A stretch of 64,000 bases of DNA from Octopus vulgaris (lineage: Eukaryota). A program made the translations under genes and the position numbers. Under the pieces are notes generated by a model. That model made no database searches and was not told the origin of the DNA. It saw nothing but the letters and a program-made list of their open reading frames with translations. Each line of letters begins with the position of its first letter. The stretch's first letter is position 1. The stretch lies in assembly GCA_951406725.2 (NCBI GenBank), contig OX597827.1, forward strand, positions 17,918,001-17,982,000, written 5' to 3'. Below, in pieces: positions 12,100 to 27,180 of the stretch.

Positions 12100-13238
12100 C
12101 AGAAACACTCACTCACACTGCATATTGTACATTCCCGTATCAAAATATAATATCAGCTAAATAGATATGTTCGCAGAAAGACGGACAGACGGTTAGATAG
12201 ATAAACAGACACAACAAACAGACAGACAGACAGATCGATAGATAGATATATACGCGTATACGCTCACAAGCATATATACATGCGTAAATACATATATAAA
12301 TACATACCCATACAAACACGCATAATACATACATACATACATACATACATACATACATACATACATACATACATACATACATACATACATACATACAGAC
12401 ACACACACGCGCGCAATACTTACGGACGAGTAAGTTACATAAGATGCTTTACCCTCGGCATAAATAGGCACTAATGCAGGCTAAAACTTCGATGTGACCT
12501 TCATCATGATTGGTTTTCGTGACAGGGAACAACTTGGAAGCCATTAAATAAGATCAAGCAACTCTGTGGACCTCGTTCACGTCTATCGATCAACAATTGG
12601 TGTCAAAAGTTGAACGCGATTCAATATGGCTTCCGTAGATCGAGAAGTAGATTGAAAAAAAAAAAAGACCATGTGACATTCTTCAGTTTTTCATTTTATT
12701 TCTTGGAGCGTGCCTTACTGCATATACGTATATGCATAACCTGCACCCCAACCACACACACACACACACACACACGTTTGTGAATATGTGTGTGTAGACG
12801 TTTGTGTAAGTGTATGTATGCATGTGTGTACAGATTTGGATATCAGTGTACGTTTGTATGCACATGGATGCTAACCATGTATATATGAATAATTATATAT
12901 ATATAAGTTATGTAATGTCATACATGTCTGCGTATCGACACATATGTATGTATGTATGTATGTATGTATGAACGCATATATATATATTTGAATATATGTG
13001 TGCGTATATGTGTATTTGAACATATATATGTATGACACTGACAATAAGAATACATAAATATATATGCCTCTATCACGAAAGCAATACGGATATGTATTAC
13101 GTGTGTGTATGCGTGTGTATGAATATATATCTATATACATATATATATATATATACATATATACATATATATATATATTTATATATATATATATTTATAT
13201 ATATATGTACATATATATATACGTATATACATATATTT

Positions 13239-13285
<47 letters not shown>

Positions 13286-13366
13286 CACGTGTAAGGGTAT
13301 ATCAATGTTTATGAGGATATGTATTTACGCATGCATGCTAGTATGTTTGCGTTTTTTTGTGTTTGA

Positions 13367-13403
<37 letters not shown>

Positions 13404-13484
13404 TGTGTGTGTATGTGTGTGTGTGTGTGTGTGTCCTGTTAGTTGTAGATGTATGTGTGTTTGGTGTTAGTGCATGCACATACA

Positions 13485-13702
13485 TTACTCGTGTAGAGAA
13501 GCATTACGGTAATAAAATCAAACAACAGGGGGATGCAATCTCCATCTTGAAAGGCGGCAAAATAATGGAAAACCTTAAGTCAGTAGATGAAAAATATGTA
13601 TTAATACCCGGAGATATGGCATCAAACAATGTAGCAGTTATCTCTAAGTGATTTTCAGAAGAGGTTATCCTTAAAGAAATTGCTATATTACGTGAACACC
13701 TG

Positions 13703-13706
<4 letters not shown>
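13485..13706 (+). pseudogene. Penelope-like RT N-terminal remnant
   Basis: LKSVDEKYVLIPGDMASNNVAVISK*FSEEVILKEI resembles PLE YV.VP.DKA.NN...CK..Y...L..EL; last 41 bp also occur inverted at 14568-14610. Confidence 0.55.
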
Positions 13707-13740
<34 letters not shown>

Positions 13741-14005
13741 TAAAAATTACAAAATGACAGCGGTGTAGCTGTAGATAAAACATGGTGGAAAATATAGTCA
13801 GGGCTATCGGACATGCGCAAAACATTCTGATCCATAGTTTCCCCGATAATGAAATTGGATTTATTTGTTCTGTATTGGAAACCTTACATATATATATATG
13901 TGTACTATGCTATATGTGTTTGTGCGTATATGTCCTAGCTCTAAAGTTATATATAAAGAAGAAATGTGCATACGTGTGCGTATGTGTGCATATATGCACT
14001 ATCTT

Positions 14006-14072
<67 letters not shown>

Positions 14073-14146
14073 GTATATTTATACATTCAATACTTTGCGT
14101 ATTGAGTTTTGTTTCCGTGTTCCTAGAAACAAACTTTTATAGCCTT

Positions 14147-14195
<49 letters not shown>

Positions 14196-14673
14196 TTTGT
14201 AAGCATACACATGCAGACACACAAACGTATATTTATATGTATATATATATACATACCTACAATATACATAAATAGATATGCATACATACATATATACATT
14301 TGTGCATTAATGCGCTTTAATGTATATTTCTGTATGCATATATGTACGAATGAGCATATAAAGCTATATTTATGTGTGTATATACACTTATATGTAAGTA
14401 TACATATACATGCACTTATATACATATATGCAAACTGACATGCATGCGCGCGCGCATACAGCACACATTTGTACCTGTGAATATATGTGTAATTTATTTA
14501 TATATATATATACATATATATACTATATATGTATATATATATATGTGTGTGTGTGTATATATATATATAAATCAGGTGTTCAGGTAATATAGCAATTTCT
14601 TCAAGGATATATGTGTGTGTATTTGTGTGTGTGTGTATATATATATGTATGTATGTGTAAGCATGTATATGTG

Positions 14674-14723
<50 letters not shown>

Positions 14724-15074
14724 ATTATCAGAGATAGAGAGACGGGGACAAGAGGGGGAAAGAGGAAGAGAATGTGGCGAAGAATATATTTCGACATTTA
14801 TTTATCAATATAAAGATGAAAGGGATAAATATGGCGGTAAAGGTAACGGTCTGTGGCTTGTCAAAAATATTACAGTGACAGATACTTGCATTATTTACTT
14901 TTGTATTTCCACGTTCTGGTTTCAAGTCTGACCGGCGTCAACTTTGCAGTTTAACTTTCCGAGGTCGATAGAATAATACTATTTAAGATCTGGACGCAAT
15001 CTATGACAGCTATTCATTGTACGAAATTGTTTTTCCTTATTTCGATATCAGTAGTCAATATTTAAAATAGCATT

Positions 15075-15462
15075 CCTACTGCGTGGCACCTTGGGCAAGT
15101 GTCCTCTAAAGCCTCAGACCGACTAAAACCTTGTGAGAGGATTTGATAGACGGAAGCCGATAAAAGCCTGTGAGGCGTGGCACCTAGAGCAGGTGTCCTC
15201 TAAAGTCTCAGACTGACCAAATGACCTTGAGAGAGGATTTTATAGATGGAAGGTGATAAAAGTGTGTGTGATGTGTGTGTGAGTGTATGAGCGTGTGTGT
15301 GTGTGTGTGTGTGCCTGTGTTTATCCCCACCACCGCTTGACAACCGGTGCGTGTGTTTCGTCCCCGTAACTAAGCAATAGAATAAAAAAGATTATTTAAG
15401 TACTAGGGCCGATCCATTCGACTAAAAATTCTTCAAGACAGTGCCCCAGTATGGCCGAAGTC
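15075..15462 (+). mobile_element. Degenerate SINE family B with internal duplication
   Basis: gcgtggcaccttgggcaagtg block occurs twice; B-type 3' half. Confidence 0.7.
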
Positions 15463-16004
15463 GGATCTTTTCCTTTTGAACGGCAGTTTGTAACATAATT
15501 TCTAGGTAACTAAAGAATTTTAAACTTCGTATACTGGTAGAATGTGTTTATAAAACATCATTTCCTCTCAGCTTTATTGAGAAAATTCTATAGGTTGTAA
15601 CATATTTCGTCTTTAATTTCTTGCATTTAGGCAATTTTAACCAGTCACTGGCGTCCATTTAGGTAAATAACATTCTGTGCATAATGAATATGTCCCTCCT
15701 TTAAGAAACAGATTGGGTTTATTTACATTTGTGAAGAAAAAAGATACCCTTCCCCCACCCCTAACTCTAACTCTAGCCCTAAATCTAAAATAGATTGAAA
15801 TGCAACAGATCGATACTAGGGTTATAATTATGAGTGACAATTTCATACGACACCGCTATAAAAAAAATAGCGGTGTCGTATGAAATTGTCACCCATAATT
15901 ATAACCCTAGTATCGATCTATTGCATTTCAATCTATTTTAGATTTAGGGTTACAGTTAGGGTTAGTTAGGGTTAGGGTTAGGGTTAGGGTGGGAAGGGTA
16001 TCTG
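15463..16004. mobile_element. Interspersed element with (TTAGGG)-like repeats, ending in a ~120 bp fold-back (15741-15859 / 15867-16004)
   Basis: Starts ggatcttttccttttgaacggcag; arms reverse-complementary around an A-rich loop; ttagggttagggttaggg at 15966-15990. Confidence 0.7.
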
Positions 16005-16229
16005 TTTTGGTTAATTGCATGAGTACGACAAGTGTTATTTTTATGGTGATATATTAGGCAGTTTTTAGACATTAGCGTCTTCTTCTAGCATGCAGTCAGA
16101 CTCGTATACGTACGTGAGTGTTTCTGATATATATATTTTTATATATCAATTTACAAATTGATTCATTTGACCTTAACCGATTCATTGCATGCTCACTACC
16201 TGATAGAACCTATCATAGATTTTATCCTC

Positions 16230-16266
<37 letters not shown>

Positions 16267-16404
16267 CGGAGATGTACTCGCATAGCAAGTAATTTGATCT
16301 GAGATCGTGTGCTGAAACGAAAACAATTGCAGCGTGGAAGGTGTTTATAAGCCATTTAAGAAACACACAAAAGCCGTTCGATTCACTCCAACATTTAAGT
16401 TTAA

Positions 16405-16454
16405 TTTGTCAAAATATTTTCGTCGCTAAAATCCGCGACCTGTTCACTGACAAA
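16405..16454 (-). ncRNA. Hammerhead variant G3-C8 (mirror copy)
   Basis: Reverse complement of 17009-17058. Confidence 0.65.
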
Positions 16455-17008
16455 ATCCGTGCCATCTAAGAAAGTAACAGTTAGTTCGTCATATATATGT
16501 ACGTATGTATGTGTGTATGTATGCATACATGTGTGTATGTATGTACGTATGCATGTACGCACATACGCCTGTGTGTGCATGTATGTATGTATGTATGTAT
16601 GTATGTATGTATGTATATATGTACGTGTGTGTATAAGCACGCACATACACTCTATAAAACATAAAGTTATAAACCTGTAGCGATGGATGGATGTAGAGTG
16701 ACCACTCATCCCAACGCTATCAAATTTCAACTCCCTACGGAGTTTGATAGCGTTGTGATGAGTGGTCACTCTACATCCATCCATCGCTACAGGTTTATAA
16801 CTTTATGTTTTATAGAGTGTATGTGCGTGCTTATACACACACGTACATATATATACATACATACATACATACATACATACATGCACACACAGGCGTATGT
16901 GCGTACATGCATACGTACATACATACACACATGTATGCATACATACACACATACATACGTACATATATATGACGAACTAACTGTTACTTTCTTAGATGCA
17001 GCACGGAC

Positions 17009-17058
17009 TTTGTCAGTGAACAGGTCGCGGATTTTAGCGACGAAAATATTTTGACAAA
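17009..17058 (+). ncRNA. Hammerhead variant with swapped G3-C8 core pair
   Basis: tttgtca-GUGAACA-g-gtcgc ggatttta gcgac-GAAA-atat-UU-tgacaaa; 7-bp stem I, 5-bp stem II, palindromic stem III. Confidence 0.65.
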
Positions 17059-17135
17059 TTAAACTTAAATGTTGGAGTGAATCGAACGGCTTTTGTGTGT
17101 TTCTTAAATGGCTTATAAACACCTTCCACGCTGCA

Positions 17136-17215
<80 letters not shown>

Positions 17216-17294
17216 TATATATATATATATATATATACATACATACATACATACATCATACATACATACATACATACATACATACATACATACA

Positions 17295-17324
<30 letters not shown>

Positions 17325-17325
<1 letters not shown>

Positions 17326-17638
17326 GTGGAGGCGCAATGGCCTAGTGGTTAGGGCAGCGGACTCGCGGTCGTAGGATCGCGGTTTCGATTCCTAGACCGG
17401 GCGTTGTGAGTGTTTATTGAGCAAAAACACCTAAAAAGCTCCACGAGGCTCCGACAGGGGGTGGTGATCCCTGCTGTACCCTTTCACCACAACTTTCTCT
17501 CACTCTTTTTTCTGTTGGCCTGCTCGCTTAGCCAGCGGGGTGGCGTCATTTGAAGGCTAAAACAATGCGAAGCGCATTGTGACCAGCAATGTGTAGCTAC
17601 ATCTGATAGCCTGGTCGGTCACGGTGATCACGGTGATA
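17325..17638 (+). mobile_element. SINE family C, tail type 1
   Basis: Near-identical to 3017-3330. Confidence 0.9.
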
Positions 17639-17660
17639 TATACATATATTCATATATATC

Positions 17661-17709
<49 letters not shown>

Positions 17710-17711
17710 GT

Positions 17712-17755
<44 letters not shown>

Positions 17756-18203
17756 AAATATAAAGATTCAAGTTAATTTAAATGAATTAACTTGAATATG
17801 GTACCTAACTTAGATGCACCAAAAGAAAACTATACTGATTTAACAATACAGTAATGTGGGGTGATTATAAGCGAGAAAGAAACAACAAGAATGGATAGGT
17901 TGTACTAAAAACCTATCCATATATATATATATATATATATATAAATGTAAAAACGTGTGTATAAGATACCAGATTTCTGTCTTAAATTTCCATACCAGGT
18001 AGAGATTTCTTCCGATGGAATTTTTGTGGACAATGTCTTTTTACTTATCAGACACTCGTTTCATTTAAATCTTCTTTATCTACAGCAGCGGCTTCTGTCT
18101 GTGTCTGTTTGAAGCACAGTCACGATGGATTTTCTGCGGTGAGCAAGCTAATATGTAGATAATAATGATGCTGGTGAGCAAGCTAATATGTAGATACGCC
18201 ATT

Positions 18204-18474
<271 letters not shown>

Positions 18475-18801
18475 GAGTGTGTAGTATTATGCATTTTAAT
18501 GCGTTGCATGGCTCGGTTTGCATAATTGGTATGCATTTGATGAAACTTCAAGATATCTGGGTGTATTTTTTTTTTTTTTTGCTTTTTACGTATTCATTCG
18601 GGAGGGTTTCGGAATATTTAAAATGAAAATCATGTCCATAACACATAACACTGACACTCTTGCAACTGTTGGTGTGTGTGTTTTATTTTTGGTTCAGAAT
18701 ATCCCAAATGATGTGAGAATTATTAATTGTATGTGTGAATCTTTGTGCGTGCGACTGCGCGTGCTTGTGTGTATATATATACATATATATTTATGTACGT
18801 G

Positions 18802-18898
<97 letters not shown>

Positions 18899-19043
18899 CA
18901 TATATGTATATACACACACACACATATATGTGTGTGTGTGTGCGTGTGTATCTATATATATACGCACAAATAGTATATGTGTATTACATATATAATATAT
19001 ATATATATATATATATCCATATACACATATACACATATACATG

Positions 19044-19088
<45 letters not shown>

Positions 19089-19179
19089 ACATACAAATGG
19101 TATGTGTATAACGCACATATAGTATATATATATATATATATATAGCTGTATGTAAAAACATACACATCCTCATACACAT

Positions 19180-19266
<87 letters not shown>

Positions 19267-19514
19267 GAGAGAAACGCAGTTACATAATTACTTTTTATTG
19301 CTAGTTTGGGGCAATTAACACCTTTCGCTTATAATATGTTCTCTGTATTCTGGCGAAAAGGAGAAGAATTTTTTTAAGTAGTTTTCAACTTCAAGTCATA
19401 AACTACGGTTAAAGTAGAGTTCTGCCAAAGGAACTAAAATGTATTATGACAGAAATATCATTTGTAATACTACACTGCTAAAATATTGGAACAACCACCG
19501 GAAGAACAGTAAGG

Positions 19515-19625
<111 letters not shown>

Positions 19626-19829
19626 TATTCAGACAAATACATAACAAAAACACCAGGACTTACAAACACATATAACATACAGAAAATTGCACTACTAGGC
19701 TCTGCATACATCCTACGCAGAACACTTTCCATACAGTAACCATCAGAGCATCACAACAAATCACAGTACATACCCAAGGCACACAGAGCTGCGCTCGGTA
19801 GTGAAGTGAAAGCACGCTATAAAACGAAA
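19626..19829 (+). mobile_element. ~200 bp 3' end of Dong-like LINE inside (TAA)n
   Basis: IQKIALLGSAHILRRTLSIQ* plus 3' UTR, (AAT)n on both sides. Confidence 0.8.
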
Positions 19830-19854
19830 AATAATAATAATAATAATAATGATG

Positions 19855-19909
<55 letters not shown>

Positions 19910-19982
19910 TAATAATAATAATAATAACAATAATAATAATAATAATAATAACAACAATAACAACAACAACAACAACAACAAC

Positions 19983-20029
<47 letters not shown>

Positions 20030-20425
20030 GATCAGACTGGTCAACTCAGAAAATATAAAGACCTACTCATTGAAATTGAGAAAATGTGGCATCTCAAGGC
20101 GGTTACAATACCAGTGATCGTAGGAGCACTAGGAATGATCAAGAAGGGAACCGAAAATTATATGAGAATGATCCCTGGCTTACCATCCCTGCAAGAAGTG
20201 CAAAAGATTGTCTTAACTGGTACATCACACGTATTGAGAAGAGCATTGTCGCTGTGAGAGCTGTTGCTGCTCATGTATTTTAATTTAACCTTACAAAATT
20301 AAAAAATTAAAAAATAAAAATGAACGAACTATTGAGTTTGGTTTAATGGCCTACCAATGTATACTATGAGTTTCTTTGCCCTAGGAGTCGGGAAGACGCT
20401 CGGCAAGAAATGGTAGCAAATTTGA
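20030..20425 (+). mobile_element. 3' end of a second Dong-like LINE subfamily inside (TAA)n
   Basis: KYKDLLIEIEKMWHLKAVTIPVIVGALGMIKKG...VQKIVLTGTSHVLRRALSL*. Confidence 0.85.
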
Positions 20426-20484
20426 AAGAAGAAGAAAAAAAAGAAAAAAACAATGATAATAATAATAATAATAATAATAATAAT

Positions 20485-20544
<60 letters not shown>

Positions 20545-20924
20545 CCTTTCTACTACAGACACAAGGCTTGAAATTTTGGTTGGCGGCGACTAGTCGATTA
20601 CATCGACCCTAGTATTTTACTGGGAATTAATTTAACGACCCCGAAAGAACGTAAACATGGACGAAATGCTTAGCGGCATTTCTGCCGGCGTGCTAACTAA
20701 TATGCCAGCTTGACGCCTTAAATGGTAATCATAATGATGATACTTATAATACTCTCTACTCTAGGCACATGGCATGAAGTTTGGGGGAGGTGACTAGTCG
20801 ATTACATCGACCCCCAGCACTTCAATTGTACTATTTCCATCGGCCCTGAGAGGATGTATGTCAAAGTTAACTTCAGAGGAGTACGAACCCAAAACGTTAA
20901 GCCGTTAAGAAGAAATGCCTATAC

Positions 20925-21228
20925 TCTTTTACTATTTTTACTTGTTTCAGTCATTTGACAGTGGCCATGCTGGAGCACTGCCTTTAGTCGATCGAGCAAA
21001 TCGACCCCAGGACTTATTCTTTGTAAGCCTAGTACTTATTCTGTCTGTCTCTTTTGCCGAACCGCTAAGTTACGGGGACGTTAACACACCAGCATCGGTT
21101 GTCAAGCAATGCTAGGGGGACAAACACAGACACACAAACACACACACGCATATATATATATACATATATACGACGGACTTCTTTCAGTTTCCATCTACCA
21201 ACCAAATCCACTCACAACCACTCCTACG

Positions 21229-21230
<2 letters not shown>
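20925..21230 (-). mobile_element. SINE family B (internally deleted)
   Basis: B 3' half joined to extreme 5' end. Confidence 0.85.
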
Positions 21231-21321
<91 letters not shown>

Positions 21322-21324
<3 letters not shown>

Positions 21325-21730
21325 CGCAGGAGTGGCTGTGTGGTAAGTAACTTGCTAACCAACCACATGGTTCTGGGTTCAGTTCCACTGCGTGGCATCT
21401 TGGGCAAGTGTCTTCTACTATAGCCCCGGGCCGACCAAAGCCTTGTGAGTGGATTTGGTAGATGGAAACTGAAAGAAGCCCGTCGTATATATGTATATAT
21501 ATATATGCGTGTGTGTTTGTGTGTGTCTGTGTTTGTCCCCCTAGCATTGCTTGACAACCGATGCTGGTGTGTTTATGTCCCCGTTACTTAGCGGTTCGGC
21601 AAAGAAACCGATAGAATAAGAACTGGGCTTACAAAAGAATAAGTCCCGGGGCCGAGTTGCTCGATTAAAGGCGGTGCTCCAGCATGGCCGCAGAGAAAAT
21701 GACTGAAACAAATAAAAGAGTAAAAGAGTA
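21322..21730 (+). mobile_element. SINE family B, full length
   Basis: ggcgcaggagtggctgtgtggtaag...gggttcagttcc...aaaagagtaaaagag. Confidence 0.9.
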
Positions 21731-21759
21731 TATATATATATATACACACACACACACAT

Positions 21760-21802
<43 letters not shown>

Positions 21803-21870
21803 TATATATATATTTATATATATATATTTATATAGTAAGTAATTAAGGGTTCAGCAACGATTTGCCTCAC

Positions 21871-21918
<48 letters not shown>

Positions 21919-21968
21919 ACACAAACACACAAACACACACATACACGCATACACACATACACAGACGC

Positions 21969-22029
<61 letters not shown>

Positions 22030-23074
22030 CACATACATACACACTCATATTTATGTACGTGCATAGCTGTGCGGTTAAAAAGTTCGTTTTGCAATCACTT
22101 GTCTTCTGGTTCAGCCCCATTTTGCAATACCCTATATGCCACTCTATTGCGAGTGCATTCGGTAGAAGGAAACTGTGGAAAGCCCGTCGTATATGTAGGT
22201 TTGCATGTGTGTATGCCTATTTACCTGTATGTGTGCGTGCATGCATTAATATGTTTATGCTCATCTCTAACCGCTTGACCCGTATGTCTATTCATCAGAG
22301 GCTATCTAGGTCAAGGTTGGTCAAGGTTTATATAAAATCAATATATCGTCACTAGTTTGAGTCAGGGAATTGTGGCCATGCTTGGGCACCCTCTACAAGA
22401 GGTTTATGTTTTTTTATATTCGTTCCGGTACTCCATCTTGGTGCTCGATATTTTATCGGATTGTATTGTCTATGTTCAGTCCACTGCAAGACGAAGGCCT
22501 CGGCATGCTCTCCCCACCAACCCCTGTCTGTCGTGGAGGCTGTGAATTTGAACTTGAGATCATACTGTTTTGATGAGCCTACTCTTCCACACTGGCTCCA
22601 GATGGCTTGGCTGAGGGGTGCAGTCTTTTTATATTCTTACCCAGGAGTACTTCTTATATTGACCGCTTAAAAGTGTGTTGGGTTGGCGTGCAAAATAGAG
22701 TTCGGTTGGGTTTGACCTCAGAACTTAAAATGGCTTAAAGAATTACTACAATTTATTCTTGCTCAACGCTGAATAAATTGTAGTATGATCTATAATTGTA
22801 ATGGATGAGCTGTCATCTACTGCTGATATATCTGAGGGTATAAGTGTGTATGTGTGTGCGTATATGTGTACGTGTATATGTACACACATACACACACTTT
22901 CACACACACACATGCACATGAACGCTTCATACAAATGCATTCGCAGATTCATACATATATACAGACAGACAGACTTAGCCGTCGTATTGTTGTAACAAAC
23001 ACAGTTCCCTTTCTTTGCTAAATTTAGACGATTAACTCTTAATATCATTCTATACCATTTTTTTTTTTTTTTTT

Positions 23075-23347
23075 AGTTTGTTCCTTCTCGAACCATGCCT
23101 GGCTCATAAGGGCCGGTTTCCCAGTTTCCTTGGCGTATAGGTTCCCCACCTGAACGGAACGCCTGTCCGTTGCAGGTGAGCTGCAATTTGCAGGAGCAAA
23201 AAGTGAGAGAAAGTTGTGGTGAAAGAGTCAGCAGAAGTTCGCCATTACCTTCTGCCGGAGCCGCGTTGAGCTTAGGTGTTTCACTCATAAACCCGCGATC
23301 CCTCAACCGCGAGTCTGTTGCTCTAACCACTAGGCCATGTGCCTCCT
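23075..23347 (-). mobile_element. SINE family C, tail type 3
   Basis: Matches 45989-46303 with a small deletion. Confidence 0.85.
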
Positions 23348-24701
23348 CTCTATTCAACGTACTGAAACTTGATGTCTTACAAAAGTAAAGGCGACCATTT
23401 CTATATATCACGTCACTTTGCTTCCCATCCAGTAATTCTCCCCAGTCAGCAAGAGACCGATACTGAATTAGCTAAGAAGGCTCAGACTCACTCATTATTC
23501 AACAACCATCAGCCGCATTTAGAAGCCGTAGCTGTTCCACCACTCGATATGAAGCATCCGAACGATCAGTGATACTTTTTGCGCTACTGAAATCATAATT
23601 AAAGCTCGATTGGAATTTGTTATTAGAAATATACGCCAATTTCCATTTGGGTATGCGCAAGATGAAATGACAGTGGAATAGGTTCTAGATTAGCAGACAT
23701 ATGTGCACACCCCATCCAACACACACACGCGCATGCGCGCGCATGCGCGCGCACGCACTTATAGATTATCGTGGGTCATTAAGTTTTTAATAGCTTTTCA
23801 CTCATCAATTGAAATTATTGAGAACACATTGTTCATATCTGCACGTACATGCATGTTTATCTCCTGAAAATTTTACTTGGCAAAAATTATTGCATATTTA
23901 TTGCATAGTTTTTTTAATTTTTATTTAAATTTTAAACAACTATAGATGGAGTGCACTTATCGTAAATTTATCGAAGTTTTTAAACTCATTAATCACTTAA
24001 GGTATTCAGTTTATTTAAAATATATAAATCTTTTCAGTAATACAGATCCTGCAAATCTTGAAACCACTGGTTTATGGTTTGTTTTGATTCCGTATATCCT
24101 GAACGGTCTTAATATTACCCATTCCCTTTTTTGTTCTGTTTTTCAATATCCATCTATGTTGTTATATTTATATGAATATAATACAAACAGAGTTACATAA
24201 TTTTGATAATGTCAAGTTGGTGCAATTAACACTTCATGCTAATAATGCCTTCCGCCGTAACTGGTGGAAAGAAAATATAATCTTTCTTTTATTTCTTCAT
24301 ATATTTTACAACTTCAGTCATAAATTACAGTTAAAGAGAGTTCTGCGGGTGGAATGAAAATTTATTATGTGACAGAAACATCATTCTTGTAACACCATAT
24401 CTCTAAAGACTTTTAAACAACAACGGAAATGGTTTCATTGACAATGATCTTTTCTAAAGTAGGCACGAGGTAACTAATTAAGGTGTTTAAATCATATCTG
24501 GCTAAGAACCCGATTTACAGTACATCGTTACAGCAATAAACGACCACGTAGGATTATTGTAGCTGAAGCTAACCACCAGCCAAAGTATATCCTGGTACCA
24601 TGGCCATCGAGCCATTTCAATGGATGATCGCGAAACCGTTGAGCGAATATCATTGTCATTTAATAACTATATATGTGTAGCATCCTTGTACCATGGCCAT
24701 C

Positions 24702-25025
24702 TGTGAAGGCGCGTGGCTTAGTGGTTAGGGCATTCGGCTCACGATTGTAAGGTCGTGAGTTCAATTCCCGGCGACGCGTTGTGTCCTTGAGCAAAACACT
24801 TTATTTCATGTTGCTCCAGTCCACTCAGCTGGCAAAGATGAGTTGTACCTGTATTTCAAAGGGCCGGCCTTGTCACACTCTATGTCACACTGAATCTCAC
24901 TGAGAACTACGTTAGGGGTACACGTGTCTGTGGAGTGCTCAGCCACTTGCATGTTAATTTGACGAGCAAGCTGTTCCGTTGATCGTATCAGTTGGGACCC
25001 TCGTCGTCGCAACCGACGGAGTGCT
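24702..25025 (+). mobile_element. SINE family D
   Basis: Near-identical to 11319-11645. Confidence 0.9.
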
Positions 25026-25131
25026 CTCATGTGTAGCATTTATACGGTGGGTAACCAAGAAGATTTCTAAATGTGGAACATATATATACCATGTACTCAT
25101 TTCCTTGTGAGCGCGAGTGTGTGTGTGAGTG

Positions 25132-25194
<63 letters not shown>

Positions 25195-25484
25195 GTATAT
25201 GTGTGTGGGGGAGGTTCTGTCTCTCTGCCTGTCTGTGGGGGGGGGGGAAGCGGTCAAATCAAAGTTAAAACAAAAACAGGAAAAACAACAAAAGTCAAAA
25301 GATCGCAAAGTGAATATATTAGGTTGACACCCAGCGAAAGTTCAAGATGGCAGATAGGAGGGAGGGATGTGACGTTTCAGTCGTGGCTCCTCGTCAGAAA
25401 GAGGAAAGAGGAAACATTCCCAGAGAGATGGAAGAGGACAGTCCGAGAAAAGCACGTGCATTGTTACATGGTTGGAAATTAATT

Positions 25485-25526
25485 GTGCGTGTGTGTGTGT
25501 GTGTGTGTGTGCATGAAGGTGTTACA

Positions 25527-25560
<34 letters not shown>

Positions 25561-25578
25561 ATGCATGAAGGTGTTACA

Positions 25579-25614
<36 letters not shown>

Positions 25615-25800
25615 ATGAAGGTGTTACAATATATGTGCGTGTGTGTGTGTGTGTGTGCATGAAGGTGTTACAATATATGTGTGTGTGTGTGTGCATGAAG
25701 GTGTTACAATATATGTGTGTGTGTGTGCATGAAGGTGTTACAATATATGTGTGTGTGTGTGTGTGTGTGTGCATGAAGGTGTTACAATATATGTGTGTGT
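25485..25800 (+). repeat. Minisatellite gcatgaaggtgttacaatat+(GT)n, x7
   Basis: Fixed ~20 bp unit separated by variable GT tracts. Confidence 0.95.
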
Positions 25801-26215
25801 GAGTGTGCACTTGAACAGGAGATCATTTCACGCATGCGTGTATATCTCGGTAATTCAAACGGTAACTGCAATCGTTTGATTTAATTTCACTTCTAATTTA
25901 AAACTATTTGTCCTAAATCTGAATTAAGGGAAATGACAGCAACCTCTATTCATGACTGGTCACCTCCCCTTTCTTGCCCTGAATTGAACTGGTGACATCT
26001 CATCTCATCTATAATGCCATCCAACATACTCGCTGGCAACAACGGTCAGATGTCAGTCACGTTCTCTACTTGGAAATTTGTTGGCGAATGTTTGATTTTT
26101 TAATTTGAATTATATTAAAGAACTCATTATCCTCTTTACCGGATAATATGGATGTATGTATACACGCATACATATGCACATGCGTGTGCATGTGTATTTG
26201 TACGTGTATCCATGA

Positions 26216-26268
<53 letters not shown>

Positions 26269-26307
26269 CACATATATATATACATATATATATACATATA
26301 TATATAC

Positions 26308-26829
<522 letters not shown>

Positions 26830-27180
26830 TTCAGCATCAACAACAGAGTATTTTTGCATGTATGTATGTACAACCCCACTTAAAAGCTATGTTCAATTGG
26901 AATGAAAAGACCAGCATGCTGCGGGTTAGTAGTGAACACTTCAAAGTCGTGAAGCCTTTCTGATGAACCAACCATGCGATCTTATAATCACTGGACTAGC
27001 TTTCATCAGCAAAATCCAGCATGTTGAGAAATGTTGAACCTGACAATTTTTCTGTAAACTTAAGGATTATGCTAATATTCTTTCAAATTTTGGCACAAGG
27101 GGTCGAGAGGGGGTGAAGTCTATTACATCAACCCCAGTGCACAACTGGTGCTTATTTTATCTATCCTAGATAGATGAAAG

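Larger units (their letters stand above)
16323..17140. repeat. Large palindrome (~400 bp arms, ~18 bp loop at 16725-16742)
   Basis: Arms near-identical reverse complements; bounded by (TA)n. Confidence 0.95.

Noticed and set aside
15955-15990. True telomere or chromosome fusion site
   Set aside because: Only a few TTAGGG units, within an interspersed repeat
25485-25800. Repeat-spacer array
   Set aside because: Spacers are only variable (GT)n
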